From assembly GCA_020137815.1 (NCBI GenBank), contig CM035359.1:5642001-5706000 (forward strand): DNA of 64,000 bases, given 5' to 3'. Below, in pieces: positions 1 to 12,916 of the stretch; the first letter of the stretch is position 1; each line of letters opens with the position of its first letter. A model generated the notes under the pieces. The model was given only the letters and a program-made list of their open reading frames with translations, was not told the DNA's origin and searched no databases. Origin of the DNA: Hormiphora californensis. Lineage: Eukaryota > Animalia > Ctenophora. The position numbers were made by a program, and so were the translations under genes.

Positions 1-3000
1 ATTCCTGAAGTAGAATATAGTGTTACACAGCTGTACCATTTCATAAAGTTGAGAACTTGTATCACACAATGTCAAGTACATGGAGGAATGGTCTTCCTGG
101 ATTAACTACTACCGGGTCTCTGAATTCATCCATAATCAATACACCAACCGATTTGTCGTGGGACTCGTATCGAAAGTGGGAAGTTCATAATCACCCCTAG
201 ATAGTAAAACTCGATTTGTGATTCACCTTGTAGGCGTGTGTTTCAAAGAGGGAGCTAAGTTTAGTGAATACAGTTCTCCACGTTTCCAGTTCATCTGTGT
301 TGTACTCCACTGTGGGAATGGGCTGCCCACTGTAAGGGAGAAGGAGGGAGTTAGCGGGATTTGGGAATGGGCTGCCCACTGTAAGGAAGAATGAGGGAGT
401 TAGCGGGATTTGGGAATGGGCTGCCCACTGTGGGAATGAAGGGAGTTAGCGGGATTTGGGAATGGGCTGCCCAGTGGGGGTGCTATTTTGGGGAGGTTTT
501 TTATTTCAACAGATATTCCAAAAGTCATGACGGATCATGGTAGGGTAGGCCCTAATTAGCAAGTGTACGAAAGATGAAGGTCTAGATCTCTGTGAACACC
601 AGGGGAGGGTTTTTGTAGTTAAGGAAAAGTTTAGAAATCAACCCCTAAAACGCACTGTTCCCGATATCTTAGAGCTCTAAATCTTTGCAGATCGGCTTTA
701 CATGATAAAACACAAAGTTGGTCAAAATTTCAGACCTTTAGCTCAAAATTCATTTTCATGACCGGAATGAACTTTGTTCATTCTCTCAATCAGGTGGCCA
801 TTTGACTTCAGAATTTAATTAGAAATGTTTGGCAATCGATTATCTGCTAAATGCGACCAACGAGAGCCAAAACGGACCACCACAAGACACACGGTGATCT
901 GATCTCCAAAGCCAGTCAGGACATTCATAATCCTCGCCAAATATGGCCTAGTTTTGCACGCTTGCCGACATCGGATAGGTCTAAAATTTGGTAGAGTGGC
1001 TCTACACAATGTGTGATTCGCAAAGTTTCAGGCTTAAAGCTCAAAATTCATTTTTATGACTGGAATGAACTTTGTTCATTCTCTCAATCAGGAGGTCATT
1101 TGACTCCAGAACTTCAATAAATGTGTTTGGCAATCAATAAACTGTCAAATGGGATCGTATCACATTGGATAATCTGACCCAGCACCCGATGGATCAGATC
1201 ACATTACAGGGATCTAATCCACCAGCACATGGATCAGATCACATTATAAGGATCTGGTCCACCACCCATGGATCAGATCACATTTTAGGGATCTGGTCCA
1301 CCAACCCATGGATCAGATCACATAACAGGGATCTTATCCATCACCCCATGGATCAGATCAAATTAAAGGGAGCTGATGCACCACCCCATGGATCAGATCA
1401 CATTGTAGGGATCTGATCCACCACCGTATGGATCAGATCTCATTTTAGAGATCTGATCTCATTTTAGAGATCTGATCCACCAGCTTATGGATCACATCTC
1501 ATTTTAGGGATCTGATCCACCAGCACATGGATCAGATCACATTTTAGAAATCTGGTCCACCAGCCCATGGATCAGATCACATTATAAAGATCTGGTCCAC
1601 CACCCATGGATCAGATCACATTTTAAGGATCTGGTCCACCAACCCATGGATCAGATCACATTATAAAGATCTGGTCCACCACCCATGGATCAGATCACAT
1701 TTTAAGGATCTGGTCCACCAACCCATGGATCAGATCAAATTAAAGGGAGCTGATCCACCACCCCATGGATCAGATCCCTGTTATGTGATCTGATCCATGG
1801 GTTGGTGGACCAGATCCCTAAAATGTGATCTGATTCATGGGTGGTGGACCAGATCTTTATAATGTGATCTGATCCATGGCCTTTTGGACCAGATTTCTAT
1901 AATGTGATCTGATCCGTTTGCTGGTGGATCAGATCCCTAAAATGAGATCTGATCCATACGGTGGTGGATAAGATCCCTACAATGTGATCTGATCTATGGG
2001 GTGGTGGATCAGCTCCCTTTAATTTGATCTGATCCATGGGGTGATGGATAAGATCCCTGTTATGTGATCTGATTTATGGGTTGGTGGACCAGATCCCTAA
2101 AATGTGATCTGATCCATGGGTGGGGACCAGATCCTTATAATGTGATCTGATCCATGGGCTGGTGGACCAGATTTCTATAATGTGATCTGATCCATGTGCT
2201 GGTGGATCAGATCCCTATAATGTGATCTGATCCATCGGGTGCTGGGTCAGATTCTCCAATGTGATCCGATCCCATTTGACAGTTTATTGATTGCCAAACA
2301 CATTTATTGAAATTCTGGAGTCAAATGACCTCCTAATTGAGAGAATGAAACAAAGTTCATTCCAGTCATAAAATGAATTTGAGCTTTAAGCCTGAAACTT
2401 TGCGAATCTCACTTAGACATTGGGTAGAGCCACTCTACCAAATTTTAGACCTATCCGATGTCGGCAAGCGTGCAAAACTAGGCCATATTTGGCGAGGATT
2501 ATGAAGTCCTGACTGGCTTTGGAGATCAGATCACCGTGAGTCTTGTGGTAGTCCGTTTCGGCTCTCGTTGGTCGCATTTAGCAGATAATCGATTGCCAAA
2601 CATTTCTAATTAAATTCTGAAGTCAAATGGCCTCCGATTGAGAGAATGAACAAAGTTCATTCCGGTCATGAAAATGAATTTTGAGCTAAAGGTCTGAAAT
2701 TTTGACCAACTTTGTGTTTTATCATGTAAAGCCGATCTGCAAAGTTTTTAGAGCTCTAAGATATCGGGAACAGTCGTTTTTAGGGGTTAATTTCTAAATT
2801 TTCTTATTACAAAAACCCCGGGCCGTGGTGTTTACAGAGATCTAGACCTTCCCCTTTCGTACACTTGTTTTTTAGGGCCTACACTACCAGAATCCGTCGT
2901 GAATTTTGGATTTCAGTGATATAAATTTCAAAATGCACCCCCACTGTGGGAATGAAGGGAGTTAGCGGGATTTGGGAATGGGCTGCCCACTGTAAGGGAG

Positions 3001-6000
3001 AAGGAGGGAGTTAGCGGGATTTGGGAATGGGCTGCCCACTGTAAGGGAGAAGGAGGGAGTTAGCGGGATTTGGGAATGGGCTGCCCACTGTGGGAATGAA
3101 GGGAGTTAGCGGGATTTGGGAATGGGCTGCCCACTGTAAGAGAATGAGGGAGTTAGCGGGATTTGGGAATGGGCTGCCCACTGTGGGAATGAAGGGAGTT
3201 AGCGGGATTTGGGAATGGGCTGCCCACTGTAAGGGAGAAGGAGGGAGTTAGCGGGATTTGGGAATGGGCTGCCCACTGTAAGGGAATGAAGGGAGTTAGC
3301 GGGATTTGGGAATGGGCTGCCCACTGTAAGGGAGAAGGGGGAGTTAGCGGGATGTGGGAATGGGCTGCCCACTGTAAGGAAGAATGAGGGAGTTAGCGGG
3401 ATTTGGGAATGGGCTGCCCACTGTAAGGGAGAAGGGGGAGTTAGCGGGATGTGGGAATGGGCTGCCCACTGTAAGGAAGAATGAGGGAGTTAGCGGGATG
3501 TGGGAATGGGCTGCCCACTGGAAGGAAGAAGGAGGGAGTTAGCGGGATGTGGGAATGGGCTGCCCACTGTAAGGGAGAAGGGGGAGTTAGCGGGATGTGG
3601 GAATGGGCTGCCCACTGTAAGGGAGAAGGAGGGAGTTAGCGGGATTTGGGAATGGGCTACCCGCTGTAAATGAAGGGAGTTAGCGAGATTTGGGCCGCTC
3701 TCGTTACCATGTGTGTTAGCAGGTTAAGGAGCAATTCCCCAACCCACCCCTTTATACAAGGACTATTATATAAGTATAACTCCGTAAGGAGAAAACCAAA
3801 CTTCCTCACTGATTATGCGGCCAATAAACCGATCCTTATTCTCAACCACTTACTGTTTGTAATTGTAGGCAATATCAGCAAACAACTTTCTCTTCTTCTT
3901 ATAGGTTTCGTCATTAAAGCCAGGGTGATCGGAACACAGCTCACCCCCGTAACTGAATTGGGATCAGAGTGAAATTTCAAATTTCAAATCTGGATAAGAT
4001 CTAGCATGGTCAATAATAAATATATGTAATTATGAAGAATCAATGTTGGAAAATGTTAATAAAAATTAACTACTCTGGACTCTAGTGTTGTTTGATTTGT
4101 TCAGAGCAACATTTATAATCAACAGATGGAACAAGACCTTTCAATTTGAGATGCAAATCTATCCAGCTCAGATATTTTGGTGGGGAACCAGGCCACTTCT
4201 CCGTCGGTCCCTAAATCTCCTGGAGCTCGTCTAGTTAGGACCTGGACATGTTCCTTTCCGTAGGTCGATCTTAGTTCCCCAATGGCCTTCCTAAAAGAGG
4301 GGGGGTTGTGGGCAGGGAACTGGGAAGAAAGCATGATTTCCAGCTAGTATGAAAAGAGAATTGGATATATAATGTACATAATATGTATGTTAAAAGGGGG
4401 AAAAAAGAATTATTTTCCAGTAGTTTTGTTTCACGTCACACTCACTGGAAATTTTCCTCCTGAATGTCCTTTAGTTCCAAATTAACCAGAAACTTGTATT
4501 TTTCAGGTTCGTCAGTGAGGGGTCGGGACTCAACACGGGTTAATTTGATACCTCTATCCTGGGCATGTATATTTGGGTTTGGTGGGGATTGGTCTTAGAA
4601 GTGGGGGTTTAATTATATCGGGGGAACTTTCCCAGGTTTGCACATTTTGATGACTATATTGCTACCTGGAATGGTCCAAGGGCCTTGACTAGGGCAGATG
4701 GTTCATTCTTGACATAGAACACCACAGACATCTTCTCGCTACCAACCGTACTGACGTCCTAAAAAGTGGAAAAGAGGGTATTATAGGAAAGTTAAACTGA
4801 AAATCGATCGTTTAGTTGAAGGAGCTCCTTGAACTAAACTAGGAGAAAAAGACAGATAAAGATTATAGGCGTCAAGAGTTTTGTTGCTATTCAGCAGAAT
4901 TCGACAATAAGTTATCAAAGCAGATCTGTAAAACAAAAATTAATTATAAATAACATACTATAGTACATACTATAAAGTCATGATCTCTGCAAGAATCTGC
5001 ACTGCATGATTCAGTAATTGGATCAAAGTAATCCAACAATATATTATGCATCTGCAAGATTTCTAGCAACCGGTGATATCTTCCACCGGATTCTAAAGAA
5101 TTTACTCTGCAAATAGTTCGATGAGCGTATCTGTATTTACTGGCCCATGTACCAACCATATATATATGTATATGTTATAAGTAATTATGGATTGGAGATG
5201 GCCATCAGAGTTGGATTAATAAATTCACCCTCTGTGCAAGCTCACATAATAGGTATACAGTAAAAATCATTCGAGGTAGATCCATAGCTTTAAAATGTGT
5301 TCTAAATTGCTTTGAATTGATCAAAATCTAAAATTTTCCGGGGGCTGTCGCCAACCACACCAAGGACTGAAAATCGTTAAAATATTGTTCTAAATTGCTT
5401 AAAATTGATCAAAAATTTTCCGGGGGCTTACTATAAAAACTAGTACGACAAGTTTTAGACATGTTTCGATAATATATCGGAATATATATCGATAATATCT
5501 TCCGGAACTACAGAAAACGCGACGATATATTCCGATTATATTTCGGAGATATGTATATCGATCTGAAAATATCATTGCACAAACTTACGAAATATCGGAT
5601 ATTCCGAGCTTAAGATATATCACCTCTCAGAGGGGTGATTTCGTTACCACTCGAGAAATGAATCAGTTGACAAAAATTCCTAATTCGTTCTCATCCACTA
5701 GAAACTAGCTATACTCAAACTGATCGAGTATCAGTGTATTCGATGGTCTGTAACATAATGTCGGTTTATCCGTAAACCGTTGATCTTGTCCATTACTGGC
5801 TGTCAATGATTAGGGCCGATTGAGCTAGTAGGAGGAGCCATGTACATTTAAATAAAGATATAGACAGGTTAAGGCAGTGAAAGACAACTACCTACAATCC
5901 GAAAAACAGGGACACAGAAAGCTAGAGCTAGATAATATTATATAGCTCTATTTAGATACAGTCGGACCCCGATTTAGTGGCATCCTCGGGGGGAAAAAAT

Positions 6001-6369
6001 CCTGCCACTAAATCGGGGTGCCACTAAATCGGGGTCAAATAATGTTAATTTCCTATATCGGGGGAAAAAAATCCTGCCACTAAATCGGAGTGCCACTAAA
6101 TCGGGGGCCACTAAATCGGGGTCCGACTGTATATCTGAGTTAGCTTATTTGGGTATATTGTTCAATTGTTTTTATCTATGGTCAATGCCCATTTCCCATT
6201 GGGCATCTAACTTTGTGTGTAAATTAGGGAGCCCAAAATTTGTAAATTAGACGACATCGTGCTCTCCTTCACCAATAGTTGGAAAAGGGCAAAATTTTGT
6301 TGCACGGTCCACACTCCATTTACCGTCCTCAGACTCTTTGGTCTATCTAATACTTACGGTCCTGTCCAT
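1..6369 (-). CDS. PAH: Phenylalanine-4-hydroxylase (aromatic amino acid hydroxylase), 5' part; continues beyond left edge
   Basis: Hand-spliced GT-AG exons ~6358-6369 (MDRT, tentative start), ~4666-4758 ([25 protein letters not shown] domain), ~4447-4558 ([10 protein letters not shown]), ~4138-4290 ([17 protein letters not shown]), ~3855-3953 ([14 protein letters not shown]...[10 protein letters not shown]), 227-329 (GQPIPTVEY...[18 protein letters not shown]); next acceptor at 5-6. Motifs match the PAH/TH/TPH family and are closest to PAH as recalled. Confidence 0.88.
311..3700 (-). repeat. ~46-49 bp minisatellite made of the PAH 3' splice site plus first ~17 nt of the exon, ~19-20 copies, split by a foldback element (473-2946)
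   Basis: Minus-strand unit TGGGCAGCCCATTCCCAAATCCCGCTAACTCCCTCCTTCTCCCTTACAG; the real exon starts CAG|TGGGCAGCCCATTCCCACAGTGG at 329. Confidence 0.92.
472..2946. mobile_element. Foldback (long inverted repeat) non-autonomous DNA element, ~2.5 kb, with internal ~41-42 bp tandem array
   Basis: Termini CAGTGGGGGTGC...GCACCCCCACTG; arm ~472-1160 is the reverse complement of ~2270-2946; ATGGATCAGATCACATT...GATCTGATCCACC repeats (1165-2270) switch orientation near 1780; no clear TSD. Confidence 0.88.
5959..6129. mobile_element. Tc1/mariner/pogo-type MITE
   Basis: TA|CAGTCGGACCCCGATTTAGTGGC ... GCCACTAAATCGGGGTCCGACTG|TA; internal GCCACTAAATCGG repeats. Confidence 0.88.
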
Positions 6370-6438
6370 AAACGGCAACTTCAGCGATGTTGTAGTTTTT
6401 CGTCGTTAGTTTTTCGAATCTAAATCAGTGTTAGAATC

Positions 6439-7334
6439 TTAGTACAGGTACAGGAAAGCTAAAGTCCATTTTTTCAACTTTATCACATGTAAACGTGTAG
6501 TACGCACGTCAGAAATTAAAATATCGCACATAGTACACATATGAGTTGAGGCCTGAACAGTCGATTTTCGAATAAAAATGGTCTAGGGAATGGGAATGGG
6601 CAAATCTGTTTGTTACTTACTTTACATATGTTATGTTAAAGCTCCCAATGCTGTCTTCGCTGCAAACCACGGTGTAAGTCTGGGCTGTCACTGAGTTATA
6701 GGGTAGCCTAGAGGAAGAAGGTGTAACATCACAAAATAACATCAAAAGTTGCCCTCCCAAGTCCATTCTGGAAAATTATACATGAACCTAACATATGATC
6801 ACTTCTGTTTTACCTTAGCTTGCTGAGTGTTCCACAAAGGCCAGTAGCTCCTGTACTATACCCAAGTACAATCTGTAACAAAATACGAGATAATTAGATA
6901 AATTATTGTCTGAGATAAATCATCATGAAATTATCAACTGTAAAAGTTTACACAGTTCATGTTTACACATTGTTTGTTGATCTATCAAACCCTCACAAAA
7001 TTACTGAGTGATCCACACTATGTGATTGTACCTTTGTATTTATTATCCTCTCTGAAACGGATTTACGATCGTCAATCCTGTTAACAATAACCACTTTCCG
7101 TACCACTTTAGTTGGTCTTGCAAGGGTGACTGCCAGCCAGTTCGTTGTTCCTGATCCACCTGACAGCCAGAAAGTATCCCAATGGCCATCCAGGACAAAG
7201 TTTGGGTTACAGCACTCTGACTTGTTGCTGGAACCGGAGGATTGGGAGCTAAATTGAAGAGAAGCTATACCGAGTGGCTCCCAGGCAGCTCCTCTCATTA
7301 TACATGTCGCCAGGAGAAGGAGCAGGAATATCAT
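6439..7334 (-). CDS. Small secreted F5/8 type C (discoidin/F-type lectin-like) protein
   Basis: Signal peptide MIFLLLLLATCIMRGAA; LDG..DTFW, WLAVTL, VVIVNR.D motifs; exons 7032-7334, 6814-6872 (CGTL), ~6627-6707 (QTYTVVC); last exon ~6439-6572 is tentative. Confidence 0.65.
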
Positions 7335-8392
7335 AATTCTGACTAAAATTTAGGATAGAAATGTCAAAAAGCAGAATTTTAGAACGGAGAGGACGGTCAC
7401 TCATCTGACCCAACAGAAGTTTACCAAGATAGTAGTAGAGGTAGGAGGCATGGGTGTGTAGGGATGTACAAAAAATAAGACTAATGGTATTCATTGTGAA
7501 AGGCGTACGTGGTGTCTTTAGCTCGTTAGAGGGAAAGAAAGGATGTGCTATGAGAGAACACTGTGAACCATCAACCATTAAAGAAAATGACGGGTTCACA
7601 TTGGGCACCTCATTCATGGACATGAGATTTTGATTCTATAAAAAAATTTCCAGCTTTAAATACATATTGATATAGTATTGAGAATTTATCTATTTTTCCT
7701 AGCTTGGCCGGCATTGGCAACTGTCTCAGTATCTGGGACCCAGCTGTCCTGTCTCCAATGGAACAGTGGAGCAGCTCCATCGTTCGCGTGACACAAAGCG
7801 GCCCATGCCCCCGGCTGTAGAACACGTAGCGCGCATTGTCCGAACGGCGCGTTTGTAATAAAAGTGGTATTTCAGCACTCGTTGCACACACTTGGTGTGC
7901 GCGGTAGATGACTGTGGTTGATGTAGATTATGACATAAGAATGACATTTTGTACGTCACTCGAGTGTCGAAGAGACGGGATTCTGATTATATTTTAGATC
8001 GGGGCCGAAAATGATAACACCGATACTTCTATACAAGGTTATGATTGGTATAGTACAAGTACTATACCAATCATAATCTTTTAAAATACCATGCTTTATT
8101 TCTGTTTTGAGATCTAACAAACTAACAAACTTATTCCCAGGACTTTTTCTTGCTGGTAAAGTATCACAAATCTCAACTTGGCGCTGGGATTTCAAGTTTC
8201 GGGAAGTTTGGTGAGGGAGAACTGAAGCTTACCAAAAGTTTGGAAAACTGCCAAAAAACGGTTGGTTCAATAAATTTGATTGCCTTGTTCGATCTCTCTA
8301 AAATGGGTTTGAAGACAAGCCGTTGATTGGTCCTCCAAGTTTTGATTAACTATCTGGATAATTGTACAACTAAAATAATAACTCCTCAACAG

Positions 8393-9844
8393 GTTCACGC
8401 GGCACTGTGTGACAGTTTTGACACACCGGCTGCTATGAGGGCCCTGAGGAGTGTCGTGTCCGATTCCTACACATATCTTAACGGACGGAAAACACCCAAC
8501 ATCCGGTAAATCCTCTACTAAACCACTTAATAATTTTATATGGTAGCATTTAATTAACTGGAACCAGAGGGGAATGTCGGGTACACAAGTGTAAATATCT
8601 CTCCCGGTCCCTATCTCAACTTCATGTTACCCCGCCAAAACTTATGTTGTAGTCAGCGAAATTACCTCTCGACCTCCCCTAGATTGCTGGTCAAAATTGG
8701 AGCGTATGTCACTGAGATTCTCTCTGTTTTTGGTGTCATTAACAAGCAGGAATCAATCGGATTTAGCGCAGGTAATAACTTTGCGGTTTTTAGGAGCATT
8801 TTGATATGCAGTTTTAACTTTTTGAAGCATTTTCATTTGCCGCTAGTGATAACATAAAACCACATGTCCCAAACCCGACTAATATATTCACCACTAGGCG
8901 ATAGTTCCAGCTCTACTGAGGAAGCAGCGCTGCCATTTGTCCGTGTTTGTCCCAATTCCGAGATGAAGTCAGGGGCATGGCTCGGGAGATTAAGGCGGTT
9001 TCAATCCTCCAGAGCTGCGATAATGTCCGAGATAACGTGCTCCCTGAGCTTGGCGTGAGATTAGAGGACAGGGAAGTTGGGGAACCTGCCGTCTTTAAGG
9101 TAATAATGACTATATATGCCCATCCTGTCAGAGCTCATTGGCCTGACAGTGCCCAGCCCTATTATCACTATCTTATTTTCTACTGTTATTAATTGTGAGA
9201 TAAAGGTCAGGTGATCTGACATGATTTGTCCAGTTTTCTAATGCAGCTACCCTTATACCAGATAGATGATAAAGATACACTTCTGAGGGAGAAGAAGCAG
9301 AGAGAAGAGGAGGTGGCTAGGAAGGAGAGGGAGAAGGTAAGGAATTGAAAAGTGGTTGTGGTAACTGAGAATAGATTTTCTAGCAAATCTTACTGATCAA
9401 GCCCAACAGTTTCCAAAATCACCTCTATACTTTCTCATTCACCTATCTCCAGGCAGAGAAGGCGGAAGCAAAAGCGAAAGTAGCTAGAGAGAAGTTAGAG
9501 AAAGGGAAAGTTAACCCAGTGGATATGTTCCAAACAGATCAATACTCGGCTTGGGACGAACAAGGGCTACCAACCATCGACAAAGAGGGCAAACCGGTAC
9601 GATTTTAACTTTCACAGTCTTATTTACCAGGACTTCGGAATAATTTTCAGCTCTACTTTTATCACAACAGTATGTTGTGAGAGTAGTTGGGTACTTTTTC
9701 TGTGATATTATTTATGGATCTGTCACCAACTTCTCCTTTCTTTAGGTGACACAGTCTCAGCAGAAAAAGTTAAAGAAGTTACAAGCAGTTCAAGACAAGT
9801 TACACAAGGCATACTTGCAACACATATCGGATCTTGAAATTTAG
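8393..9844 (+). CDS. CARS1: Cytoplasmic cysteinyl-tRNA synthetase, C-terminal exons only
   Basis: Exons 8393-8505 (VHAALCDSFDTPAAM), 8683-8771, 8898-9099 (LSQFRDEVR...CDNVRDNVLPELGVRLEDRE; 1-nt slip near 8948), 9262-9336, 9453-9596 (MFQTDQYSAWDEQGLPT), 9746-9844 (SQQKKLKKL, TAG); all GT-AG. Confidence 0.9.
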
Positions 9845-9905
9845 TGATTTTAATTTGTTTTCCAACCCCCGCAAAACAGTTCTGTGTTTCATTTTTGCTT
9901 TCTTA

Positions 9906-10908
9906 TAATCCTCCTAAATCGTGTATAAAATTTGACAAAACATAAAATTTATAGGGGCAATGTAATTCCTTCACTAAATGGTACTAATAGGTCCCCCCTA
10001 CCACCAAACGAAAGTTTACCAACCAACTCCATGGGGGGAGGTTCGATAATTGGCCATAATTGGGTACCTGTATTTTCAGCCTGAGGCCAAAACCATAAGT
10101 ACCCTTAAAATAGGAGTAGGGACAAATCTGAGGGCACTAAAGTGATCAGCGTCCTCGCATTAGTGGGGGTAGGTGGTGGAATTAAGTCTCTATCTCATCT
10201 GGTTAATTAGATAATTGGATAATTAGATATGCGCATAACCGTTTTTTGGCTATATGGCTATAGCCACTTAGGAATGGTTTAGAGACGTTTCATCGGTGCC
10301 AATTTGTAGGCAAAGGCCAATTTATGGGGGGTCGACGTCGGGCTTTTAAGCTCTATCTTCAACCGTTTAGCCGTTATTTGGCTTTAAAGGTGCTCAAAAT
10401 CGGGCTTTTTACCGTTTTTTGCTCATTTTGAGTACCTTTAAAGCCAAATAACGGCTAAACGGTTGAAGATAGAGCTTAAAAGTCCGACGTCGACCCCCCA
10501 TAACTTGGCCTTTGCCTACAAATTGGCACCGATGAAACGTCTCTAAACCATTCCTAAGTGGCTATAGCCATATAGCCAAAAAACGGTTATGCGCATATGT
10601 AATTATCCAATTATCTAATTAACCAGATGAGATAGAGACTTAATTCTACCACCTACCCCCACTAATGCGAGGACGCTGATCACTTTAGTGCCCTCAGATT
10701 TGTCTCTACTCCTATTTTAAGGGTACTTATGGTTTTGGCCTCAGGCTGAAAATACAGGTGTCAATTAAGGCCAATTATCGGACCTCCCCCCATGGAGTTG
10801 GTTGGTAAACTTTCGTTTGGTGGTAGGGTGGACCTATTGGTATCATTTAGTGAAGGAATTAAATTGCCCCTATAAATTTTATGTTCAAAGCACGATTTAG
10901 GAGGATTA
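9906..10908. mobile_element. ~1.0 kb foldback element just 3' of the CARS stop codon
   Basis: TAATCCTCCTAAATCGTG...CACGATTTAGGAGGATTA; near-perfect arms with centre at ~10400-10425; TTA on both sides (9903-9905, 10909-10911) is a possible TSD. Confidence 0.88.
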
Positions 10909-10964
10909 TTAGTGTTTCACTCCATTGAAGAATGGTGGACTGTTGGTGTCCTTATATGTTTTAT

Positions 10965-11650
10965 AGACAATCGGTGGCCGCGGCTATTAAAATAAAATTC
11001 GTGTGCGCGTAGTTTATTTGCGCGCGGCGAAATTGAGTTGAATTATGATAAAGTCCGTTTCAAGCGACTTGACCCGTAATTCTTGGAATTTGGCGCATTG
11101 CGCGTGTATTTACAAAGGGGAAATCCTGAATTTCCAGGAATCTCAGGTCAAGTCGTTTGAAACGCACTTTAAAGTGCGATTTTTAATAATGCGAACCGCT
11201 GACGCGCATTAATAATAACATAATTCCATTTGCGCGTGCTTAATCCGGTTCCTGATAAGATAGAGACTTGTCATTGGTCGCATTGGAAAGATAAAATTTT
11301 TCTCTTTTCAACGCAACCAGTATCAAGTCTTTATCTTATCAGGAGCCAGAGATATGATCGAAACAACCGACAAAAAACTTTCCCACGGTGCGTGGGAATT
11401 TTTTGCGGTTCGCTTTATTAAAAATCGGACTTTAAAGTCCAATTTTTTATTTAAGCGACAGGCCGCCACGCATCAAAATGCAGCGCTTGAAATCGATTTC
11501 CGGTTCCTGATAAGCTAGCGACTTTTTCTTGGTGCCATTGGAAAGATAACAATTTTATCTTTCCAACGCAACCAGGATCAAGTCTTTATCTTATCAGGAA
11601 CCTTACCGGAGATATGTCCAATTAACCAATTGAGTGCGCGGCGGCCTGTC
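10965..11650. mobile_element. Composite/nested MITE cluster
   Basis: Inverted repeat 11051-11170; GACAGGCCGCC...GGCGGCCTGTC termini at 11457/11650; 11245-11350 is directly repeated at 11500-11610. Confidence 0.6.
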
Positions 11651-11655
11651 TTAGC

Positions 11656-12210
11656 GTGATTGAGCTTCAGCAAACGGTTATTGAAGCCCAAAAGCAACAA
11701 CTAAGTGCAGTGTCAACTTCGGTGAAGAAGGTGAAAGCCTACTCTTCTGTGCTTGCACAGAATTGTGCTGCAACCTCCCCTAAAGTGGTAAAACCACTAA
11801 CGTCGCACCACCCTACTCCCGTCCAACAGCCCGGAAGAGAGAAGAACCTGATTGTGTTTGGTCTCCAAGAAACAACCGATAGAGTAGCTAAAACTACTTT
11901 AGACGAACTTTTTGAGGAACTGCAAGAGAAACCGAAAGTGACAACGATGAAACGCATCGGGGAAAGAAATGAGAAACGTCCTAGACCGCTCTTAGTATCC
12001 CTGGAGAGGAGAGCGACTCTCCTGGCGCTTCTCAAAAAAGCACGAAACCTCAAAGACTCCAAACAGTTTTCGGCTGTTTATCTATCTCCGGATCTAACGC
12101 CCTCTGAACTGAAGGAGCAAAAAGCTCTCAGGTCCACTTTGAAACGGATACGACTAGAAGATCCAGACGGCTGCTATTTTATCCGTAACAATGTTATCCA
12201 AGTGGGATAG
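11656..12210 (+). mobile_element. Isolated non-LTR retrotransposon ORF1-like coding fragment
   Basis: REKNLIVFGLQE, RIG...RPRPLLV, VYLSPDLTP.E motifs typical of CR1/L2-type ORF1 proteins; no endonuclease/RT ORF follows. Confidence 0.7.
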
Positions 12211-12916
12211 TTCCCGACTAATTCACCGTTATCAGAGAACCGTGCTAGGAGCAGGCAGTCTGCTGCAGTCCCTTTCAAATGAAGGAAAACGAGTTGTCTG
12301 TAATTAAAACTGTGTCAGTGCGGGATATAAACTGTCATTTTTATTATTATTTATTATTATTAAATAAAAAATTCGACTATAAAAAAATTAAAATCGTGGA
12401 CTTCAAAAAAATTCAAAATCCCATAATGATTTTTACTGGTTTTTGGCAGTGGGTTGGTGATACTAGTATTAGGCTTTTTCGGTTTCCCGCCAAAATATGA
12501 AGTATGAGACTTAGACCCCCAGTTGTGAAGTTTGACATCATGGTCGTGTTTTAGCCCCGATAGATGTATGACAACCCTTCGTCAGATAGAGCGAGACTTT
12601 ACAAACAATTAATATCAGTTGGATCAACGTGTAACAAATGTAAGCTTAAGATTTTAACTGTCAATTTAAGTGTCAACTAAATCCCAAATGAATGATTAAT
12701 TAGTATTTAATTAGTAATTGAGATACGATTCTAGTAAATAAAACCCCAGCTGTGACATTTTTTAATGGTTTTACTTCAGATAAGCCTGTGGTAAAGACGA
12801 CTCCAGAAAACAGCGCTGCTAGAAAGTCTGGTTTGGTCAGCAAGTCATGTCTTGCCAGTCGAATTGCTGCTCTCAGGAAACAAACGCAAAGTGACGAGGT
12901 AAACACAGTTCCAAGT

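Noticed and set aside
1165-2270. CRISPR-like or coding repeat (HGSDHI ORF)
   Set aside because: Contiguous tandem units without unique spacers, no cas genes, eukaryotic context; it is the interior of a foldback element
7610-7959. GC-richer ORFs as missing CARS exons
   Set aside because: No CARS motifs in the plus-strand frames examined; probably a repeat fragment
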